Translations under genes and position numbers: made by a program
Shown here: piece by piece, positions 57,842 to 64,000 of the stretch
Layout: every line of letters begins with the position of its first letter
How positions within the stretch are numbered: position 1 is the first letter of the stretch
NCBI GenBank assembly: GCA_039028635.1
Contig: JBCCHV010000004.1
Span: 89,385-153,384 of the forward strand
Source of the DNA: Acidobacteriota bacterium
GTDB lineage: Bacteria; Acidobacteriota; Thermoanaerobaculia; Multivoradales; JBCCEF01
Direction: 5' to 3'
Length of the DNA stretch: 64,000 bases
Notes under the pieces: generated by a model
What the model was told of the DNA's origin: nothing
Database searches by the model: none
The model's input: only the letters and a program-made list of their open reading frames with translations

Positions 57842-58027
57842 CCCTCGCCCGTCCTTCTCACCAGCTTTCCGCTGCGAGTCCGTAGGTCCCCGAATCTGCT
57901 GCGTTATCCGTCGCTTGCTCTCCTCGCAGTACGTCGAGTACGGCAGCGTCGTGGCAGCGACGGATGCCTTGCATCTTCAAGAATCTACGGCCTCTCGCCA
58001 GGAAACCTCGTGAGAAGGGCGGGCTAG
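57839..58027 (+). mobile_element. MITE-like inverted-repeat element, family B copy 3
   Basis: Exactly fills the gap between convergent genes. The left TAG is the sigma stop codon and the right CTAG contains the amine oxidase stop. Confidence 0.6.
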
Positions 58028-59217
58028 AACGTTCGGGAGGTGCTCTCCAGGACTTGATCCACGGCCTCGAACCCGGAGAGGGCGGCGCCGTGCACGGTGG
58101 CCCAGCTTTCGGCGTAGGTCTCGCCGGCGAAGAAGACCTTGCCTTCGAGCGGCGAGCGGAGGATGGCCCGGGTTGCCGCGTCGGTATCGAAGGTGTAGGA
58201 ACCTCGGATGAAGGGTTCTTTCGACCAGTTCTGTACGACGTGTTTCACATGGTGCTTGGAGGCTGCGCCGCCGAAGATGCGATCGAGCTCGTCCAGCGCG
58301 AGGTCGACAGTCTCTTGGTCGGTCGCGGCCGTTGCGTAGGGTCTCGCAGGGTCCCCAACGGTGAACAGACCGAGGATGTTCCTCGAGCTGTCCTTCTTGA
58401 AAGCCGCGTCGTAGTAGATCTTCTCGCCCCAGCCCTGGATCTTATTGGGTCCGCCTTGGAGGAGGTCGGGGTAGAACCGCTCCCGGAATTCGAAGAACAA
58501 CTTCAGGCCATCCGGCATCGAGAGGCGGTTCAACGCCGCGACTTTCTCCCCGGGCAGCTCGGGAGTGAACTGAATCTCCGCTTCTTTCAGGACCGTCAAG
58601 GGGACTGTGACGATGATGCGATCGGCTTTGTGAGTCGTGCCGTCTTGCGTGATCACCTGGACTCGGCGGCCCGAAACGTCGATGGCCCGGACCGGGCTGT
58701 CGAGACGAATGCGGCCCTGGATTCTGGACGCCAGGTGTTTTTCGAAGAAGCCGAACCAGGTTGTCCGCTTGAACTTGTGCTCCGCATAGACGAGTGAAGC
58801 GAGGCGGTTCTTGCGGATCCGGCCGCCCTTCCAGGTCGAGATCCAAGGGTTGTACTTGACGACCTCGAACTTGCGACCAGCCTCTGGATCGTGCGCCAAC
58901 TCTTCCAGAATCGAAGGCGCGGTGTGAATCCACTCTGCGCCGAGGTCGATGGGGAAGTCAGCGAAGTCGGAGATCCGCTTCATGCGGCCGCCGATACGAG
59001 AGGAGGCCTCGAGGATCTCGAATTCGACGCCGCGGCGCTCGAGGGCGAAGCCGGCGGCGAGTCCCGCGGCCCCGGCGCCGATCACCAGCACCTTGAAGTC
59101 CAAGGCAGGCGTGACGCTTCTTCGCCCCGCAGCTTCCTGAGGTTGAATCCTCAGAGCAAGCTGCTGAAGGCCGAGAATGGCGCCTGCTGCGCCGCGGAGG
59201 AAGGTCCTGCGATCCAT
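58024..59217 (-). CDS. flavin-containing amine oxidase (Tat-secreted)
   Basis: Tat motif MDRRTFLRGAAGA. FAD Rossmann VLVIGAGAAGLAAGFAL..EILEASSRIGGR. C-terminal amine-oxidase block (FFAGETY). Confidence 0.75.
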   Translation of the reverse strand: MDRRTFLRGAAGAILGLQQLALRIQPQEAAGRRSVTPALDFKVLVIGAGAAGLAAGFALERRGVEFEILEASSRIGGRMKRISDFADFPIDLGAEWIHTAPSILEELAHDPEAGRKFEVVKYNPWISTWKGGRIRKNRLASLVYAEHKFKRTTWFGFFEKHLASRIQGRIRLDSPVRAIDVSGRRVQVITQDGTTHKADRIIVTVPLTVLKEAEIQFTPELPGEKVAALNRLSMPDGLKLFFEFRERFYPDLLQGGPNKIQGWGEKIYYDAAFKKDSSRNILGLFTVGDPARPYATAATDQETVDLALDELDRIFGGAASKHHVKHVVQNWSKEPFIRGSYTFDTDAATRAILRSPLEGKVFFAGETYAESWATVHGAALSGFEAVDQVLESTSRTF

Positions 59218-59437
59218 CAGGACAGAGTATAGCGACGGAGCCCTAGACGGTCGTCTCTCTCGAGTACAAGCCCATCTTCGTTTCGGAGGCGTCCCTGCGC
59301 GGCCCCTCTACGGCAGCCTCTCAGGGCAGCGGAGGAGGCGCCGAATCAAGACGCGGGGCGATTGGCTCGAATCTGCGGGCTACCTCATCCGCTCAGTTGC
59401 GCCTTTCGGCCAGTTTTGGTGTTGCCTCCCTCGTCCG

Positions 59438-59827
59438 CTACCAGGCCTCGACTTGAAGAGATTCGACCTGAGCGAAGTGGCGATCACGAGTCGCCAGGAT
59501 CAGATCGTGTTGCCGGGCACAGGCTGCAATCCAGATATCGTTCTCAGGAATCGGCCGCCCCTGCTGTTGGAGATGCGCCTTAAGCGTCCCGTACTGCTGA
59601 GCAGTCGCGATGTCCTGTGGCATCACCGGACAGACCTCTACCAGCCCTTCGATCCGGCGACGGTTGGCCTCGGGACGAGCTGACTTCGCAGCCCCAAAGA
59701 GCAATTCACCGACGACCATGAGGCAGAGAAAAGACTTGATCCCGAGACCGCGGCGGGCTTCAAGATCAACGTCCTGATTGAGCACACGTATGGCGACGTT
59801 GGTATCGAGCAGGTACCTACCACTCAT
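59438..59827 (-). CDS. vapC: type II toxin VapC (PIN-domain ribonuclease)
   Basis: 129 aa starting MSGRYLLDTNVAIRVLN. PIN acidic residues (D at LLDTN, E in GELLFGA, D in ILATRD). Confidence 0.75.
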   Translation of the reverse strand: MSGRYLLDTNVAIRVLNQDVDLEARRGLGIKSFLCLMVVGELLFGAAKSARPEANRRRIEGLVEVCPVMPQDIATAQQYGTLKAHLQQQGRPIPENDIWIAACARQHDLILATRDRHFAQVESLQVEAW

Positions 59828-60068
59828 CGGCGTCGACCCGCCACCCATCCGCGTCAACCTGCTCGCATCCCTCTTCGATTGCTTCCATCATCTCGCGCGC
59901 CGATTTGTCGTCAAGAGTGCCGGCAACCTTCATCAGATCCTCGACCGAGGCTCCCTGAAGGCTGGACCTGGCCAGATCGTGGACCAGCGCGGCGGCCCGC
60001 TCCTGTTGCTTGGGCGAGAGCCGGTCCAGGTCACTAAGAATCTGCTCCTTGATCGTTGGTACCACCAT
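59817..60068 (-). CDS. type II antitoxin (VapB-like) of VapC
   Basis: 83-aa acidic protein. The 11-nt overlap with the vapC start is the classic TA operon layout. Confidence 0.55.
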   Translation of the reverse strand: MVVPTIKEQILSDLDRLSPKQQERAAALVHDLARSSLQGASVEDLMKVAGTLDDKSAREMMEAIEEGCEQVDADGWRVDADEW

Positions 60069-60432
60069 AGTGCCACCTCCTTTGCGCTCCGGTGCGCGGT
60101 CCGATTCTATCCGGCAGCCTAAGGAGGCGGTGAGATCGCCCCTGCCTCTTCGGCAAGAGCCAGGAGATACCTCATAGCGACCTCCCTACCGTTGGCCTCG
60201 GTGGTATCCGATTGAAGAGGTGCCCCAACGACCCGCCTTCCTATGCTCGGTGGACCGAGTTGGAGTTGGCAGGTCGGGCGGTCCTGTAGGATGTCCGCAA
60301 TACATCTTGAGCGAATTCTTGAAATCATGCTCTGGCTTCCACCTCTGGGCAGGAAATTCTAGCTTGGACACTTCTCCTTGGTTGCTTTGGGGAGGCTTGG
60401 GCAGCACACGGCCAACGAAGAGGAGGCAGACA

Positions 60433-61695
60433 TTGGCAAGGCGGGGATTCTTTGCAGAGATTAGCCACCAAGTGCGACAGGCGGAAAAGGCAAGAGCAAG
60501 GGCGGAGCGAGAGGAGGAGCGAGCTAGGAAGGCGGCTATCCGTGATCTTGAAAGAGCCCGGAAGAAGTCCGAGCGCCTTAGGCAGCAAGCTGTAAGAGCC
60601 CACGCTGCTGAGAAGAAGAGGCTCGAAAAAGAGGCTCGTGCTGCTCACTTCGCCGCTAGACAAGCCGAGGTCGACAAGCAGAACAGCGAGCTTGAGCAGC
60701 AGTTCCAAGAGATTGAATCCCTATTAGCAGCCACGCTTGATGTAGATGATTATGTAGACTTGGACTCTCTCCGGAAGAAGGCCGAGCACCCGGCGTTTGG
60801 CCACCCGGATCTTGAGGTACCCATCCAGCCACCCGAACCACCTTCTGAGTCGCCAGAGCCAGTGTTCATTGAACCAAGGGCACCGAAGGGGCTTGCGGCG
60901 CTTTTTGGCCGGAAGAAGGCAGCGAGAGCGGTTGCGGCAGCCAATGAAGCTCATGTGGAAGCCGTCACTGCCTGGCGCTCCAAAGTAGAAGAGCTCAAAG
61001 CCCTTCACAAGGCTGAGTTGAGGGGCGCCGCAGAGCGCGAGGAGAAGCGATTAGAGCGGCTCAAGGCTGAGAGAGGGAAGTATGAGAAAGAGTGCGCCGA
61101 GCGTGAAAAGGCCGTTGCCGAACACAACTCTAGGCTAGATACCTTCATAACCAATCTTGGCTACGGAACTGCCGAAGCGATTCAAGAGTACGTGTCCATC
61201 GTGCTGGCGAACTCTGTCTACCCTCCGGTATTTCCTGTCGATCACGACTTTGACTTCGACCCAAATAGCGCCGAGCTCCGGTTGCGGGTTGTCGTTCCGC
61301 CCCCCGAAGCAATGCCGACCGTCAAGGCCTACCGATACGTCAAATCCAAAGACGAAATCATGGCAACGTCCCTTTCCCAGAAAGCGTCCAAAGAGAGGTA
61401 CGAAAGTGCCATCCATCAAGTGGCGCTTCGGTCGGTGCATGAGGTGTTCGAAGCCGACCGCCGGGGGCTCATTAGGACCATCTCCATGGAACTGGGCACA
61501 GAGACTGTCAGACCAGCAACGGGGCGGATGGACTACTTCCCATTCGTCGCCTTGGCAACTGACCGAGATCAGTTCCTTGAGCTGAACCTATCGGCCGTCG
61601 TGCCAACCGCCAGCCTTGAGCATCTTGGTGCGGTGATATCCAAGAATCCCTTTGGGCTAGTTACGGTTGATGCATCAGGGGTCCGTCAGGCATGA
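60433..61695 (+). CDS. hypothetical coiled-coil protein (component A of candidate two-gene defence module)
   Basis: TTG start 6 nt after a GAGGAGG RBS. About 200 aa of Lys/Arg/Glu-rich coiled coil (AEKARARAEREEERARKAAIRDLERARKK...), then a roughly 200-aa globular C-terminal domain (VDHDFDFD ... YESAIHQVALRSVHEVF). No P-loop. About 58% GC. Confidence 0.55.
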   Translation: MARRGFFAEISHQVRQAEKARARAEREEERARKAAIRDLERARKKSERLRQQAVRAHAAEKKRLEKEARAAHFAARQAEVDKQNSELEQQFQEIESLLAATLDVDDYVDLDSLRKKAEHPAFGHPDLEVPIQPPEPPSESPEPVFIEPRAPKGLAALFGRKKAARAVAAANEAHVEAVTAWRSKVEELKALHKAELRGAAEREEKRLERLKAERGKYEKECAEREKAVAEHNSRLDTFITNLGYGTAEAIQEYVSIVLANSVYPPVFPVDHDFDFDPNSAELRLRVVVPPPEAMPTVKAYRYVKSKDEIMATSLSQKASKERYESAIHQVALRSVHEVFEADRRGLIRTISMELGTETVRPATGRMDYFPFVALATDRDQFLELNLSAVVPTASLEHLGAVISKNPFGLVTVDASGVRQA

Positions 61696-63044
61696 CCGAT
61701 GACTCGGCTATCTTCAATCCCCCTCCTGGCTGGCCAAAACCGCCAGAGGGCTGGAAGCCGCCACCTGGCTGGTCACCGGACCCCGCCTGGCCTGCGCCGC
61801 CCGAGGGCTGGGAACTGTGGCTTCCGGCAACTGCCGAGGACGGGAAGCAAGATGAGGCTGAGTCGACTTCTCCTGCCAAGTTGCCCAGGGGGAACTCGGA
61901 AGCGAGACAGGCCGACAGCGCTTCGGTGGACCGGGTCGCACAGCTCGAAGCGGAGAACGCGGCACTACGCGCACGCCTAGACTCTGATCCTCTAGAGGAC
62001 GATGCCATCACCCTGAGCGACGAGGCGGTGCTCCAAGAGGTGGGCATCTACCAATACCACCACCCGCTGGAAAGCGCGGTTGCTTACAAGGAAACCCTGA
62101 AGAAGCTGTCGAGTCGAATCGCAGATCAAGTGCGCTTCAGAAGCGCGATCGAGGTCTCGAGCCGATTCACCTTCAACAACTCGCTCGCGCAGGGGCGCAG
62201 GCTGTCCTCGAACCTCTCTCGACTGATGCTTCGCGCTTACAACGCTGAGGTAGACAATTGTCTTCGCTCGCTGAGAGCTGGAAACGTAGTTACCGCGAAG
62301 AAGAGAGTCGAGGCTTCTCGCAGGGCGATCAGAAAGCTCGGCAGCATTATGGAGATGCAGATTAGCCCCGGGTACCACGCGCTACGACTTGAGGAGATCG
62401 AGCTCACAGCGGACTACCTGATCAAGAAGAAGGAAGAGAGGCTCGCGGCCCGAGAGGAGCGGGCCCGCCTCCGGGAGGAACGACGGGTCGAGGCCGAGTT
62501 GGCGGCGGAGCGCGAGCGGCTAGAGAAAGAACGCAGCCACCTCCTGAACGCCCTGGCAACTCTTCGGGCGGGCGGCTCTTCGGATGAGGACCTGGAGAGC
62601 AAACTAAGCGAAGTCGAGGTGGCGATTGAGCACAATGACTACCGGGCGGCCAACATCCGAGCAGGCTACGTGTATGTCATATCTAATCGTGGCTCTTTTG
62701 GGAGAGGAGTCGTCAAGATAGGGCTTACTCGCCGCCTGCAGCCGCTAGTGCGCGTTTCCGAGCTTAGCGGGGCCTCGGTGCCTTTTCGGTTTGATGTGCA
62801 TGGACTCTTCTTCTCAGAGGATGCAGTCTCCCTCGAGGCCGAATTGCACGAGGAATTTGCGCCGCGCCGTGTGAACCTCGCGAATAGCCGTAAGGAATTT
62901 TTCTTTGCGAGCCCGTCGGAGGTCCAAGAGGCCTTGGTGTCGAAAGTTGGAAGCTTGCTGGAATTCAAAGAGGAGGCTGAGGCGACCGAGTACTGGCAAA
63001 GCCTGCACCACTGGCCAGAGGACCACAGAAGCCGCAATCAATAG
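61692..63044 (+). CDS. DUF4041 + T5orf172 (GIY-YIG-like nuclease) domain protein (component B)
   Basis: ATGA overlap with gene A. N-terminal PxGW tandem repeats. DUF4041-like helical region with RLAAREERARLREERR. C-terminal T5orf172/MUG113 motif GYVYVISNRGSFGRGVVKIGLTRR...R..EL....PF.FDVH..F.SEDA..LE..LH..F...RVN......EFFFASP. Confidence 0.65.
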   Translation: MTDDSAIFNPPPGWPKPPEGWKPPPGWSPDPAWPAPPEGWELWLPATAEDGKQDEAESTSPAKLPRGNSEARQADSASVDRVAQLEAENAALRARLDSDPLEDDAITLSDEAVLQEVGIYQYHHPLESAVAYKETLKKLSSRIADQVRFRSAIEVSSRFTFNNSLAQGRRLSSNLSRLMLRAYNAEVDNCLRSLRAGNVVTAKKRVEASRRAIRKLGSIMEMQISPGYHALRLEEIELTADYLIKKKEERLAAREERARLREERRVEAELAAERERLEKERSHLLNALATLRAGGSSDEDLESKLSEVEVAIEHNDYRAANIRAGYVYVISNRGSFGRGVVKIGLTRRLQPLVRVSELSGASVPFRFDVHGLFFSEDAVSLEAELHEEFAPRRVNLANSRKEFFFASPSEVQEALVSKVGSLLEFKEEAEATEYWQSLHHWPEDHRSRNQ

Positions 63045-63248
63045 GTTCGGAAGAGCGATGAGAACCTCGCCGTAGCTAGGGAGGGGTGTAGCGCTGCGCT
63101 CGACGCTCATGCTTTAGGTGCCGGCGTAGTCACAGTTCCACCCTCCTCCCTGACTCTTCAGCCTCAACTTGAATCAGCAGGGCTGGCTGCCTGGTCCGAT
63201 GAGCCAGAGGTTTGCCCCGGTTCTCGAAAGCCCACTGGTCCAGCGATC

Positions 63249-63616
63249 GTGCCTCTCCCGTCACCGGTGATCTCCTTCCTTGCTGACCTTCGCAAAGAGC
63301 GTCGCTCCGAGGTCTGGGTCGTCGCCAACAAGGCCGGGAATCGAGAAAGACACCTCCTCGAGATTTTCAAGATCGTCTGCCGGCGAGCCAAGATCACCCC
63401 TCAGGCAGCGATGCTTTATGCGCTCCGTCGTTCCTTCGGGACCCACCTGCGAGGGCAGGGGTTCGCCTGGCTGACATCGCTGGTCTCAGGGGGCAAAGCG
63501 ACCTGGCAACCACCAAGATCTACGCTAGCCTACCTCCCTCCGATTTCGGCGGCGCTGTTACGCAAAATGACGCCGTTGGTGGGTGGCTCTGGCGAGCCGT
63601 CACACAAACCTGCTGA
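63249..63616 (+). pseudogene. tyrosine recombinase/integrase remnant (C-terminal catalytic part only, frameshifted)
   Basis: One frame gives the R...HxxR box (LYALRRSFGTHLRGQG). The conserved LATTKIYASLPPS tail with the catalytic Tyr is in a different frame, so there is a frameshift near 63470. The N-terminal two thirds are absent. Confidence 0.5.
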
Positions 63617-63689
63617 AGAGAGCGAGTCGACTCGCTTGATCGAGCCTAAACCATCGCTAATAAGAGGCTTGGAGAGTGGTATCGAGAAG

Positions 63690-63763
63690 TGGCTGGGACG
63701 CAGGGAGTCGAACCCCGATTCTACGGTCCAGAGCCGCATGTCTTGCCATTAGACGACGTCCCA
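63690..63763 (-). tRNA. tRNA-Gln (anticodon CUG)
   Basis: Reverse complement: TGGGACGTCGTCTAATGGCAAGACATGCGGCTCTGGACCGTAGAATCGGGGTTCGACTCCCTGCGTCCCAGCCA. 7-bp acceptor stem, GTCT/AGAC D stem, anticodon loop CTCTGGA, T-loop TTCGACT, encoded CCA. Confidence 0.8.
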
Positions 63764-63874
63764 AGCGGACGAGAGGGTAACCGATTCGGCGCTTCTCGGT
63801 CAAGCCGTGAGCGGGGCACGAAGGTTGCCGCAAAGGCCAGCGCTGTTGGGCGTTTTGGCCTTCTGATCGGGACC

Positions 63875-64000
63875 TACTCGCTGGTCGGTGCGATCTCGGC
63901 GAGGTAGGCGATGAAGTGGTCGAGCCGTTGGCGCGTCGCCGGGCGACCGACGAGGGCGACGAGGTCGAAGACCGGCGGGCCCTTCTTGCTGGCGGAGAGC
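63875..64000 (-). CDS. 3' end of an unidentified gene (partial, continues beyond window)
   Basis: The minus-strand frame reads ...LSASKKGPPVFDLVALVGRPATRQRLDHFIAYLAEIAPTSE* with a strong GC3 bias. GC returns to about 70% here. Confidence 0.35.

Noticed and set aside
63249-63752. Integrase-like ORF extending to 63752
   Set aside because: The 3' part of this ORF is simply the tRNA-Gln gene read as protein. The integrase homology ends near 63616 after a frameshift, so it is annotated as a truncated pseudogene instead.

Overview
This 64 kb window is high-GC (roughly 68-70%) chromosomal DNA from a Gram-negative bacterium. The lineage is probably Acidobacteriota, Gemmatimonadota or Myxococcota, but that is an inference. 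Its gene content suggests it: a TIGR02999-like ECF sigma next to a Ser/Thr kinase, an S46 peptidase, a sulfatase and many lipoproteins.

Most of the window is ordinary core and metabolic genes. These include a fused E1 alpha/beta dehydrogenase, a Cys/Met PLP enzyme, ftsB, mfd, two parvulin/SurA-type PPIases, an M43 peptidase, tandem ZIP transporters, two ECF sigma/anti-sigma pairs, an Fe(III)-type ABC transporter operon, sucA (E1), a DUF3311-SSS symporter pair and an initiator tRNA-fMet.

The accessory content is the interesting part:
- A tandem array of four paralogous Cys-rich secreted lipoproteins (14.7-18.3 kb).
- Two families of CTAG-terminated, MITE-like inverted-repeat elements (family A has 2 copies, family B has 3). 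Their ends coincide with stop codons of the flanking genes.
- A lower-GC segment (47.0-50.8 kb) with an AT-rich promoter, a hypothetical protein and a metzincin-BNR protein.
- A roughly 4.5 kb low-GC island integrated at a tRNA-Gln(CUG) gene (59.2-63.8 kb). It carries a frameshifted integrase remnant, a VapBC toxin-antitoxin pair, and an overlapping two-gene module that I propose as a candidate, previously undescribed anti-phage or abortive-infection system. The module is a coiled-coil protein followed by a DUF4041 + T5orf172 (GIY-YIG-like) protein.

No CRISPR array and no rRNA were seen. Many long ORFs in the six-frame track are off-frame or antisense artefacts of the high GC and were rejected. 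Coordinates were computed from the ORF table by counting residues; all start codons are putative.
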